Below are positions 54,477 through 63,038 of a stretch of 64,000 nucleotides of DNA, piece by piece. Numbering within the stretch: the stretch's first letter is position 1; each line of letters begins with the position of its first letter. The translations under genes were made by a program, and so were the position numbers. The notes below the pieces were generated by a model. The model had not been told where the DNA came from and ran no database searches. It worked only from the letters and a program-made list of their open reading frames with translations. Source of the DNA: Giardia intestinalis (Eukaryota); NCBI GenBank assembly GCA_000002435.2, contig CM018791.1; one strand, 5' to 3'.

Positions 54477-56240
54477 TCACTGACCGGTGCGTATGATCCC
54501 TGCGTTGATAAGCTTCTCTATACGAGAAGAGATGTTGGGATCGCTGAGATACTGCTGCGCCGCCTGAGGATTTGTTGAAATCTGCTTGATGACTTCGGCG
54601 AGGCCTGGATCTGATGCAATCTTCTGTATTTCCTCGTCGGCCATTGCAATCTCGGTCACCTCCTTGGCCTCCTTGCTGTCTGGGTTGCGCTGGAGCTCCT
54701 GGATCTTCTCGGTCGTCTTGCGATATCCCTCTAGGGCTTCCTGATTGTTGTACTTTTCATGCTCAAGCACCTTCTTGTATGTCTCCACTGCCTTGTAGTA
54801 CTGGCGACGGAGCCTCTCGATTTGGCCCTTGCGCAAAAGAGCCTTTGTGTTGGTCGTATCTTTGATGAGCGAAACAATGTGATCGGCGTCATCATATGAA
54901 AGGTTCATTTGGCCCAATTTGAAGTATGCGTTAGCTCTGTTATTGAGAAGGGAGGTCAAGAGTGTTTTGTTGGCTGTAAACTTCTCATTGTCGTCTCTGT
55001 ACTCGCGCTCTGGATCCAGCGGAAGAGCTTTGAGTCCCTCGGTGTACTTGTCCACGGCCTCCTGGTACTTTCCGGCCTTGAAAAGCTCGTTACCCTCGTT
55101 CTTAGCTCTCTCTGCCTTTTCAGGACTATACGCGTTCTGCTTCTTGATGAGCTCCCACTCGTCCTCAACCTTCGTCAGCAAGGCCAGCGTCTGCTTCGAC
55201 CTGTGTTCAAGCATAGCAGACTTCAGCGTCTTTATTGCCTTCTCGTAGTCCTTGCGGGCGTACTGCGCCGAGGCCGCCTTCGTAAGGGCTTTTCCAAGCT
55301 CTTCAAACGTCGCTGTCCCAGGGTTGTCGCGTCCATAATTGTACGCCTCCATTGCCTTCTCCTCCGCCTCAGTTATCTTCTCCATCTTCAGTAGGGCCGT
55401 GCTGATGTTATTTAGGAAGAGTATGCTCTTGTGCTTAGCAAAGGCAGCCTCATACTTCTCGATGGCCTCAGCATACTTCTTTTCTTTAAATAGATCGTTC
55501 CCCTCGTCTTTCAATTTATTGGCCTCTATTTCCTCAGGGGTGAGAACCTTCTCTGGCTCCTTTGGCGCAGGTGGTTCAGGGTTAGCGGGTTTGGCATCAA
55601 AGGAAGGCGCGCCCGGAGCCTGGGGCATGTCCTTCATCATGTCTGGGTCGATTCCCATGGCCACAAGCATGCACTCCATGAGGCGCGGGTCGGCTCCGGC
55701 GACTTGCATCATCATCTGGGGGTTTGACGCTACAAGAGTGAGCTTCTGCTCCAGAGAGGGGTCATCGGCAAGGTACTTCGCCGTCTTCGGGTTTGCCCTT
55801 ATCTTGGCCATCCCCTCTGCATTGAACATGTTACGCATAAACGCTCCTGGATCTCCAGCGCCCGGGGCCCCGCCAAATCCACCAGCACTGGCCTCCAAGG
55901 AGGAAAGGCGCTGGCTAAGCAAAGGCTCTGTATTGCCACAACTTTCAATTCCATCGCGCAGTACCTCTACGGCTTCCTCGCGCTTTCCCATGGCGGCAAG
56001 GGCGTCCGCTTTGCGCAGAAAGCCCTTTCCAAAGCTTGGCTTTAACTCGATACACTTCTCTGCATCCGCGACAGCAGCGTCGTAGTCCTCCAGCTGGTGG
56101 TAGATGTTCGCACGGTTACTGTAGTAGACGTGGTTAGACCCGTCGATATTGATGGCCTTGGTGTAGCAGTCGATGGCGTCTGCCAGCCTCCCCTCTTTGG
56201 CCGCTTGGTTTCCCTGGGCCTTGAACTCCTCTGCAGACAT
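54477..56240 (-). CDS. Hsp70/Hsp90-organizing protein (Hop/STI1)
   Basis: N-terminal TPR1 (EFKAQGNQAAKEG...YYSNRANIYHQLEDYDAAVADAEKCIELKP), further TPR clusters, a DP-rich STI1 region and a C-terminal DPGLAEVIKQISTNPQAAQQYLSDPN motif. The ORF-track start at 56258 is a TTG; the first ATG (MSAEEF) is at 56240. Confidence 0.85.
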   Translation of the reverse strand: MSAEEFKAQGNQAAKEGRLADAIDCYTKAINIDGSNHVYYSNRANIYHQLEDYDAAVADAEKCIELKPSFGKGFLRKADALAAMGKREEAVEVLRDGIESCGNTEPLLSQRLSSLEASAGGFGGAPGAGDPGAFMRNMFNAEGMAKIRANPKTAKYLADDPSLEQKLTLVASNPQMMMQVAGADPRLMECMLVAMGIDPDMMKDMPQAPGAPSFDAKPANPEPPAPKEPEKVLTPEEIEANKLKDEGNDLFKEKKYAEAIEKYEAAFAKHKSILFLNNISTALLKMEKITEAEEKAMEAYNYGRDNPGTATFEELGKALTKAASAQYARKDYEKAIKTLKSAMLEHRSKQTLALLTKVEDEWELIKKQNAYSPEKAERAKNEGNELFKAGKYQEAVDKYTEGLKALPLDPEREYRDDNEKFTANKTLLTSLLNNRANAYFKLGQMNLSYDDADHIVSLIKDTTNTKALLRKGQIERLRRQYYKAVETYKKVLEHEKYNNQEALEGYRKTTEKIQELQRNPDSKEAKEVTEIAMADEEIQKIASDPGLAEVIKQISTNPQAAQQYLSDPNISSRIEKLINAGIIRTGQ

Positions 56241-56262
56241 TTTTTTTTGGTGAATCAATTAA

Positions 56263-57921
56263 TCAAGTTTCGATGAAGATCTCGCTTGAAAGATCTATCT
56301 CTGTGAATTCGTAGAACGAGAGCAAGGAAGCATCGTACCCACTGAAGGCGAGCCAAACTAGTAGCGATTCAGCCCTAGTCGCCCCGGATACTTGAACCAG
56401 AAAGCTGGAGAAATGTCCCGACAGAGCGTCCTCAGATGCTGCACACACGCCACTATCATGTGTTCCGCTGCTAGTTGCTGAATCAGCCAACAGATAAACT
56501 TTACATGCAGTCATGCTTGGCCGGCACAGCCTGCAGAGCTTCTCCCTAGTTATCTTATGGACACAGATGTATCGAGTATCGCACAGATGGCCTGCATGCG
56601 GCAGATGCTTCGGAGAAAAGGACTTCGCAAGGCACATATATCTCTCTTTCAATGGAGGCAATAAAGCAGTCGCGAAGACTCCCTTTGTAGAAAGATGTGA
56701 TATACTTTTTTCAAGCTGCGGGGCGCCTCTACAAGGAACTACAACGCTGACCAAGTTGGGAGTAGCGCAAATAAAAATGCTTGGAAGATCCGTAACATAC
56801 GCAGTGTCTAACGCACAAACAAGGCACTCCAGTGCTAGAAGCGTCCGGGCTTGCACCTCTTCGATGCTTTCAAAGGTGTTGACTGTACTCTCCTTAGCAA
56901 AGAGATTAATAATCAATAGTGGAAATATTCCCTGTGCTGCTTGGGTACTCAATGAAGAGCCGTGGTAGAATTGGGTGGGCAGCACAACAAAAGAAGGAAC
57001 CATATAGGGTGTCTCCAATGCACTGAGCACCTGTGATGCCTGCAGCTGTGCATGAATGTATGTTTTCTTTGCAGATGATGTCTTATTTAATAGCGTTACA
57101 TCGTCGTCAACACCAGTGCACGCCACGAGGTCTAGATCAGGTTCTTTCAATGACTCTGACTGGACCGTACTGATGTCACAAGCAGTAGTCATTGTATCCT
57201 CTATTACTGCCATTTCTATGTGAACGTGCGGCGAAGGACGTGGTATAGACTTTGTTAATTGCTTAGTCACTGGGGTTGGCTGATGCAAGGACTGCTCAGT
57301 TGACGCTGTTTCGGACTCTATAGGCAATGAAGCACTCTTTTTGCTGATTGGATGGGACTGCTTTGACGGTGTTAGTGAGTTTAAGTGGCGGTTGAAGGAA
57401 TCTGTGATGTGTATGTTTGAGCCTCGCTGCTTGAAGATAGTGGATGACACAATCAGATCATCATCCTTTAGCCTGAGTAGATCAAAGCCCCCGAGATCCC
57501 GAAAAGAAGGGTGCAACGGGCGTGTCTCTGGAAGGGCCAGAGCTCCACTCTTGTCTGCGGTGTGTCGCAGATACGGCTCCAAGAGTTCAACGAACTTTAT
57601 GTGTCCCAATTGAGTTGCCAGGTGCAAAGCAGTGGTTCCATCCGGCTTGCTAATACAGTACTCGGCACTGACTAGAAGCCGCGCCGCCGCAATGTTATAA
57701 TAGCGCACGGCAATCATTAGCGCTGTTTCATTCTGGGCATTTATCAGGGTGCTTTCAAATGGCTCCAAAATCTTAACAGCATGATCGTCTCCAAGACGGA
57801 CCGCTATCATCAAGGCTGTTTCTCCGAGATGGTTCCGTGTTCCGGCCATGTGCGGAGTTAACTGCTCTATTTCCCCATAGCTTCCATTGGCTATGGCGCC
57901 AAACCACTCCCGATTCCCCAT
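56263..57921 (-). CDS. Ankyrin-repeat protein (21.1 type)
   Basis: Repeats include GETALMIAVRLGDDHAVKILEP...NETALMIAVRYYNIAAARLL...GTTALHLATQLGHIKFVELLEP. The start is probably the ATG at 57921 (MGNREWF); an upstream ATG at 58071 would encode a junk-like 50-aa extension. Confidence 0.65.
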   Translation of the reverse strand: MGNREWFGAIANGSYGEIEQLTPHMAGTRNHLGETALMIAVRLGDDHAVKILEPFESTLINAQNETALMIAVRYYNIAAARLLVSAEYCISKPDGTTALHLATQLGHIKFVELLEPYLRHTADKSGALALPETRPLHPSFRDLGGFDLLRLKDDDLIVSSTIFKQRGSNIHITDSFNRHLNSLTPSKQSHPISKKSASLPIESETASTEQSLHQPTPVTKQLTKSIPRPSPHVHIEMAVIEDTMTTACDISTVQSESLKEPDLDLVACTGVDDDVTLLNKTSSAKKTYIHAQLQASQVLSALETPYMVPSFVVLPTQFYHGSSLSTQAAQGIFPLLIINLFAKESTVNTFESIEEVQARTLLALECLVCALDTAYVTDLPSIFICATPNLVSVVVPCRGAPQLEKSISHLSTKGVFATALLPPLKERYMCLAKSFSPKHLPHAGHLCDTRYICVHKITREKLCRLCRPSMTACKVYLLADSATSSGTHDSGVCAASEDALSGHFSSFLVQVSGATRAESLLVWLAFSGYDASLLSFYEFTEIDLSSEIFIET

Positions 57922-57931
57922 TTTAAAAATG
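57919..57931. promoter_or_regulatory. Minimal bidirectional AT-rich initiator: two divergent start codons separated by TTTAAAA (CATtttaaaaATG)
   Basis: Read directly from the sequence: the minus-strand ATG is at 57919..57921 and the plus-strand ATG at 57929..57931. Confidence 0.55.
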
Positions 57932-58249
57932 TCGTCGAACAACGCACGCGCTGTTGCAGAGACCCTGGAGGCCAAGAAGAAAGAGGTTGTCGAAGACGGC
58001 CTCTCAGTCGCCAGGATACTCAAAAAGAACGTGATTGCGATTAACAAACACTTGCAGGAAGAGGATGCCATGGTTGTTGACGAAGTTCACTCAAAGACAA
58101 GAGAGAACCAAGCAAAACTAGAAGCAGAAGCCCTGGCCTTGAAAAAGTCGTTGGTACAGGTGGTGGCTGGAACGAAGCAACGAAGGCAAATGTTCGGCTT
58201 CATCTTGCTGACGATCATTGCTGTGGGGCTTCTTTGCCGCGTTACCTAA
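57929..58249 (+). CDS. Small tail-anchored coiled-coil protein (about 106 aa), possibly a Bet1-like Q-SNARE
   Basis: Coiled-coil segment NKHLQEEDAMVVDEVHSKTRENQAKLEAEALALKKSL followed by a single C-terminal TM helix MFGFILLTIIAVGLLC. The ORF-track start at 57887 would overlap the divergent ankyrin gene. Confidence 0.45.
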   Translation: MSSNNARAVAETLEAKKKEVVEDGLSVARILKKNVIAINKHLQEEDAMVVDEVHSKTRENQAKLEAEALALKKSLVQVVAGTKQRRQMFGFILLTIIAVGLLCRVT

Positions 58250-58309
58250 AACTCTCTAGGTTACAACGAAAATTCTAAACATTCTGTTCTCACATAATGT
58301 TGCACATGT

Positions 58310-61300
58310 TCAAGATTGCTCTGTCGGCTCGTGGCCACTATCTCTAAATGTAGCTGTAGGAGTGTAAAAAGTCCTTGACGGAGTGGCAGGATCCGTTGTA
58401 GGAGTTCTGTCTTGCGATGTTGCTAATAATCTTACCCTTTCAGACATCTCTGCATTGTTCTTAATGCGTTTGGTTATTCGAATAGCGATAACGACGATAA
58501 TAATGAGTGTGCCCACTATTGCAATGGCAGCAAACACGACTATGTAAATCCCTTTTGGGTTCTTGACACTTTGCCTTTCACACGCCCCGTCGACGCCAGT
58601 TTGCAAATATCCGTCCATGCACTGGAGGCATGTACTATATAACACACCCCCACAAAACTTGCAGTTAGATATGTTACAGTCCGACGAGTAAAGACAGGTG
58701 CCCTTTATCGGAAGAAGATCTGCCTCTATGCACATAGTGCATTCCAGCTCTGTGCACTGCTTGCACCCCGTCTCGCAGTACATACAGATTCCATAGATGG
58801 AGGAGACGTACGACCCCACCTCGCATACTGCACACCAGTACGGGTTGTTAGGGAGGCACATGGAGCACCGGGCAATGTAGCAGTAAAGGGTATCCGACGA
58901 TACGCAAATTCCATTAGTATTAGGTGTCATGCTGTTGTCGATGCAGACCAGACAATGTGTGGGATCATCGGTTTGACAGAACAGACATGTGCTAGTATCT
59001 GCGCAAGTAGACGAGTAATCACACGAGCCCGCAATGGGCTGTATCTCGGCAACTGAGCACTGGGTGCAAAAGGTATCTGTCGTGCACACATAACAATTGG
59101 GTGGGCAGGGCAGGCACTTGTTTGTTTCCTTGTTCAGCCAGTGCCCCCGCGTGCACCGCTCACACAGCATTCTATTGTCGACGTTGCAAAGAAGACAGTC
59201 TGGTTCCGCCAGGCATACATTGATGTTGACGCAATCTCCTCCTTGCGCCTCGTATCCAGGGTCAGCACACTTAGTGCAAATAGCAGGGGACTCCGGGCAT
59301 GCAATGCACCCCTCCTTGCACACTTGACACTGCCCCTGGTCTGTCAATCGTCCTCCGGAGCATATTATACAGATAAATTGAGAGGTCGGGTCACACACGG
59401 AACAAAGTTTGACAGAGCATTCTCGAGTAGTCCATATGAGCTCACCGTGGCCCGGAGAGTCTGTTGCATTCCACACATTTGTGTAATCCCAGCATAAATC
59501 ACGCAAGCATACGGGAAAATAAAAAGTATATCCTTCTGCCCCAACATCATCATCATCGTCGTCGTCATCATCATCGTCATCGTCATCACCAATATTATTG
59601 CCGCTAATACCTAAGGTCTGATTTGCAAGATCAAAGGAACGGCTAGAAGTGTACGTTATGCTCTTATCAAAACTGTTCAAAATATAGGGAAGCGCCGTGA
59701 GCACTGGCGGTGCATTTAGAGTTCTCGCGGTCCAAAGCTCCACGTTGCCAAATGCCCACCCCCTGTTCAGATAAAAGTTAAGAGTGCGCATATTTTCTGG
59801 ATCAAACAGATAGTTGTTATTTTGCTCTATGTACTTGTTATTCGCCACAATCAACTGATTGCAATTTATGCATTCTCCTCCTTCTCCAAACACGTAAATC
59901 GTGCCAGGTGTCGAGGCAGGATCTCCAGTGTATGTATAGCTAAGATTGAATATAATTCTATGGAAAAGTGAAGATGGAAGAGCAGGTACCTGCGAAATAA
60001 CACACATGCAGTTGGCTCTTTCGAAATTGATAATGTCTCCGTGAAGATGCACCCTCCCGTAGAAGTCACTAATCTCTATGCCCTGCCGAGCTAAGTCTAC
60101 AAGGCCCACAAGACAGGTCTTAGACCCAGATGGCCTTCGGGAGAAGTCCAGATGCAATGAGATATCCATCCAGCACTGCGTCACATAAAGTTGCCTATTA
60201 GTAGCTACACTAGAGGACGCCGTGGCCTCTGTGATGAAGCCTCCTAGATCCAGTGTATGCTCCGTCTCCATCTTGTAGTTGAACTTGCTTATTTTGAGAT
60301 ATGAACGCTCTATAGACGTTTTAGCATTCTTATATGAAAAAAGGCCAACAAAGAAGCCAAACTTTGTTCCCTGAGATGACGCTAAAACAAGGGTTGCGTT
60401 TTCGAACTGAAGGAAGGAGTTGGACACAATTGAGTTGGCTATTTCGCCTGCAAAACAGCCTTTCCTCACGCCAGAAGAGTCCAAAGTGAAGTTTTCAGCG
60501 AGTATATATGAATTATTAACCAACGAATTCTGATTGAGCACAGCAACAAATCCGCCAGTCCCAAGATTCGTCGCAGACGACGCTGTGTAGTTGGTGACGT
60601 GAACGGCACACTCAGAAATGCGAACATTTTCAGCAACTCCGATAAATCCACCAGAAGGACTGGACAGCCAGAGATGATTGTATGAGCACATGCACCGTGT
60701 AAAGTCACCATTTAGAGAATGGGCTGCAAAGCCTCCAGAAGCAGCTAGCTGGCCGCGAACTATAAAAGACTCATAGGTTGCCTTGGTGTTCTCAATGCTG
60801 GTACAGCCAGCACAGGATGGCAGCAAATCTCCTATTACTCCGCCAATATAAGAAGTAGCACTACAATCGTTGACGAACACGTACATTCCCGCAACACTGG
60901 ACGACATTATAGACCTAGATTGAATAGCAGCAATGCCGCCATAAAAGACCTGGAGCGATGCTGCCCAGATTGTCACATTAATATTGGTGGCACTGAAGTC
61001 TAATAGAGGTCGCTCGGATTTGGCCACCATTCCCCCTACATGAATGGGCGTGGCAGCAGGGTCAGTAGGGCGTGGCATATTCAACGTTCCTATAGATATC
61101 TCTCCATTATACGTGAACCCTTTTGCTACAAGGCCAGTTTGCCCAGTCTCTACAACAGAGTCTAAGCTGCCAAGAACGCCGCCCACGAAAAGGTTCCCAA
61201 CGGTGATTTTGATGGATAAGTTAACCACAGACTCTATATTGCCGCCTATATTTTGGGCGCGACCTGCAAAGCCGCCTATGTAATGCGCAATAGTGGGATC

Positions 61301-61720
61301 TAGCTCGACGTTACAAGTAATTGTCCCCATAACCGTAACATCCGTGATTGATGTGCTATCGCACGCCCCCGCAAAGAGACCGGCTTTTTCTGTCTGCTGA
61401 TGAAGATCGTTTATTGCAGTTACTAGACGGAGCCGCCGAACTGTGCCCGTGAAGGTTTGAAAAAGACCCATGTTTCCCTTGGTCGGGACGAGTTTAAGGA
61501 TGGCTAGGTAATAATTTTGGCCGTCAATTGTTCCTGTGAAGCTGGGTATAGGGGTGAATGCCCGCTTCACTTGAACATTACTTGTAAATCTGAATTCCGC
61601 TCCTGGACACTCTCGCAGCTTTTCAAGTGACGTTTCGTCGTAGATCTCAAACGGGCCGTCACACGCCGCTGCCAGAGCAGAATAGAGTGTAGACAAAAGA
61701 AGAACTGAGATGCGTATCAT
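58310..61720 (-). CDS. High-cysteine membrane protein (HCMP), 1136 aa, type I.

Domain order:
- signal peptide
- Cys-free ectodomain of about 720 aa
- poly-Asp tract
- CXXC/CXC-rich module
- TM helix
- short cytoplasmic tail
   Basis: Signal peptide MIRISVLLLSTLYSALAAAC, 14 consecutive Asp residues, about 25 CXXC/CXC motifs, TM helix IYIVVFAAIAIVGTLIIIVVIAIRI, and no CRGKA tail (so not a VSP). The ectodomain carries recurring GG[FAIV][IVAF] and FxxN-type motifs. Confidence 0.8.
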   Translation of the reverse strand: MIRISVLLLSTLYSALAAACDGPFEIYDETSLEKLRECPGAEFRFTSNVQVKRAFTPIPSFTGTIDGQNYYLAILKLVPTKGNMGLFQTFTGTVRRLRLVTAINDLHQQTEKAGLFAGACDSTSITDVTVMGTITCNVELDPTIAHYIGGFAGRAQNIGGNIESVVNLSIKITVGNLFVGGVLGSLDSVVETGQTGLVAKGFTYNGEISIGTLNMPRPTDPAATPIHVGGMVAKSERPLLDFSATNINVTIWAASLQVFYGGIAAIQSRSIMSSSVAGMYVFVNDCSATSYIGGVIGDLLPSCAGCTSIENTKATYESFIVRGQLAASGGFAAHSLNGDFTRCMCSYNHLWLSSPSGGFIGVAENVRISECAVHVTNYTASSATNLGTGGFVAVLNQNSLVNNSYILAENFTLDSSGVRKGCFAGEIANSIVSNSFLQFENATLVLASSQGTKFGFFVGLFSYKNAKTSIERSYLKISKFNYKMETEHTLDLGGFITEATASSSVATNRQLYVTQCWMDISLHLDFSRRPSGSKTCLVGLVDLARQGIEISDFYGRVHLHGDIINFERANCMCVISQVPALPSSLFHRIIFNLSYTYTGDPASTPGTIYVFGEGGECINCNQLIVANNKYIEQNNNYLFDPENMRTLNFYLNRGWAFGNVELWTARTLNAPPVLTALPYILNSFDKSITYTSSRSFDLANQTLGISGNNIGDDDDDDDDDDDDDDVGAEGYTFYFPVCLRDLCWDYTNVWNATDSPGHGELIWTTRECSVKLCSVCDPTSQFICIICSGGRLTDQGQCQVCKEGCIACPESPAICTKCADPGYEAQGGDCVNINVCLAEPDCLLCNVDNRMLCERCTRGHWLNKETNKCLPCPPNCYVCTTDTFCTQCSVAEIQPIAGSCDYSSTCADTSTCLFCQTDDPTHCLVCIDNSMTPNTNGICVSSDTLYCYIARCSMCLPNNPYWCAVCEVGSYVSSIYGICMYCETGCKQCTELECTMCIEADLLPIKGTCLYSSDCNISNCKFCGGVLYSTCLQCMDGYLQTGVDGACERQSVKNPKGIYIVVFAAIAIVGTLIIIVVIAIRITKRIKNNAEMSERVRLLATSQDRTPTTDPATPSRTFYTPTATFRDSGHEPTEQS
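59546..59588. repeat. Imperfect (CAT/CGT)n trinucleotide microsatellite encoding the poly-Asp tract of the HCMP
   Basis: Sequence atcatcatcatcgtcgtcgtcatcatcatcgtcatcgtcatc. Confidence 0.7.
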
Positions 61721-61879
61721 GTGTATCTAGCTTTCAAGGCCTTATGCTTAACAAATTTACTTGTATTCGATGTCAAAAATATTGCACACTAGTTGTTTTA
61801 AGAGGAGGTTGCGCGGCGGTTGAATAAGATTAACAAACAGTTATGCACTACTAGAACCTGAGAGAGATTGATGGGTGAA

Positions 61880-63010
61880 TCACTTTATAGTGGATTTTTT
61901 AACAAATTCCCTCAACACATAGACTGCTACGTCGTGGTCTGCCGCCACTTCATCGAGACTTAGTGCAACGGTTCGCTTTTTAACGGTACCGTCATTCATG
62001 GGATGGGTAAAGAGAATGGAGGCCTCATTAAAGCCCCCGGGTGACGCCTTGGAAGATTGCTTGATACTAATGCGACATGCCTTGGCTTCTATTATTGTGA
62101 GCACTTCTCTGAGACGGTTGCTAAGGTCCATCTCAATGGGGAGCTTGTTGGATCCAACTTTGTAGGCTCCTGTGAGCGCCCTGTCGATTACAGTGGCAAC
62201 AGGGTTGTACGACTGCTTTGCCGTCTGATCCTCCGAGCGTTTTGAGATGGACTCTATACCCTCATCTGCGTCATGAATGTCATCTGTATCACCTTCGGAC
62301 GATTCTCTGGGCGCAAGGCTGGACTTGCTGATGCTTGCAGTCTTAGTTTCCAAGTCATTGACATGAAGGCTCGCCTGGTTGGCGTCAGGGGTAGGTTCCA
62401 CGGACTGGCCTCCTTGCTTCTTCGGCTTGGGCTCGTGGAGCGCTTGAGACGAAGCGGAGTCGTCAGCTAAGGAGTTGATGATGATGTACTTTCCCGACTG
62501 AGCCATCTCCTTTCCAGCATTAGTCTCTTTTATAGATTTCCAGGCCAGGAGCGCAGCAGACCTACTCAGCTGCTCCATGGCCTTGATCAAAGTGATCCCG
62601 CTAGCGGCATTTCGCTTGCAATAGTCGTCTATGTATCGAGGATGGAGCCCATCCAAAGGTAGCCAGTTTTCCTCAGACCGAGGATCTGACGCAGGGAAGC
62701 CCTTCCAATCAACCAAGGCCTTCAGCGCTTTTCCACGGACGGCAAGGTCTTGGATCCGTTTGACAGCCCACATTTCGTCCCACTCTGGAACGTGATACTT
62801 ATTGTAGAAGGACTCGAGCTCATCCTGAGTGACACCTGACTTCTTGAAGGCATCATTTTCAGTGCAAAGACTTGAGTGAATGGTCCAGAAATTGACCTGC
62901 TTGCCGGGATTATTGTACTTGTAGAGGTTAACTTCTCCAGCGATGATATCTACGTCGATACCTCCAAACTTGGAGGGAGGCAACCCTCTGCTTCTTTTTT
63001 GGCGTGGCAT
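61880..63010 (-). CDS. Chromodomain-containing protein, 376 aa
   Basis: VKRIQDLAVRGKALKALVDWKGFPASDPRSEENWLP matches the chromodomain core (aromatic cage W, K-A-L...W-K-G). There are a basic N-terminus and an acidic, Ser-rich middle region. Confidence 0.65.
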   Translation of the reverse strand: MPRQKRSRGLPPSKFGGIDVDIIAGEVNLYKYNNPGKQVNFWTIHSSLCTENDAFKKSGVTQDELESFYNKYHVPEWDEMWAVKRIQDLAVRGKALKALVDWKGFPASDPRSEENWLPLDGLHPRYIDDYCKRNAASGITLIKAMEQLSRSAALLAWKSIKETNAGKEMAQSGKYIIINSLADDSASSQALHEPKPKKQGGQSVEPTPDANQASLHVNDLETKTASISKSSLAPRESSEGDTDDIHDADEGIESISKRSEDQTAKQSYNPVATVIDRALTGAYKVGSNKLPIEMDLSNRLREVLTIIEAKACRISIKQSSKASPGGFNEASILFTHPMNDGTVKKRTVALSLDEVAADHDVAVYVLREFVKKSTIK

Positions 63011-63038
63011 GGGAATCTAACTGGCTCGGAAGGCGGTT

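Noticed and set aside
22642-58071. N-terminal extensions given by the ORF track for several genes (22642, 27006, 26925, 31523, 43862, 53412, 56258 and others)
   Set aside because: Those start codons are TTG or GTG read directly after a stop, a bacterial-style ORF-caller convention. For a eukaryote I moved the starts to the first ATG, which in most cases sits next to an AT-rich initiator box.
59546-59588. Short tandem repeats as a CRISPR array or telomeric repeat
   Set aside because: They are coding trinucleotide repeats (poly-Asp, also PE and poly-Q elsewhere), not repeat-spacer arrays. No TAGGG telomere repeats or rDNA were seen.
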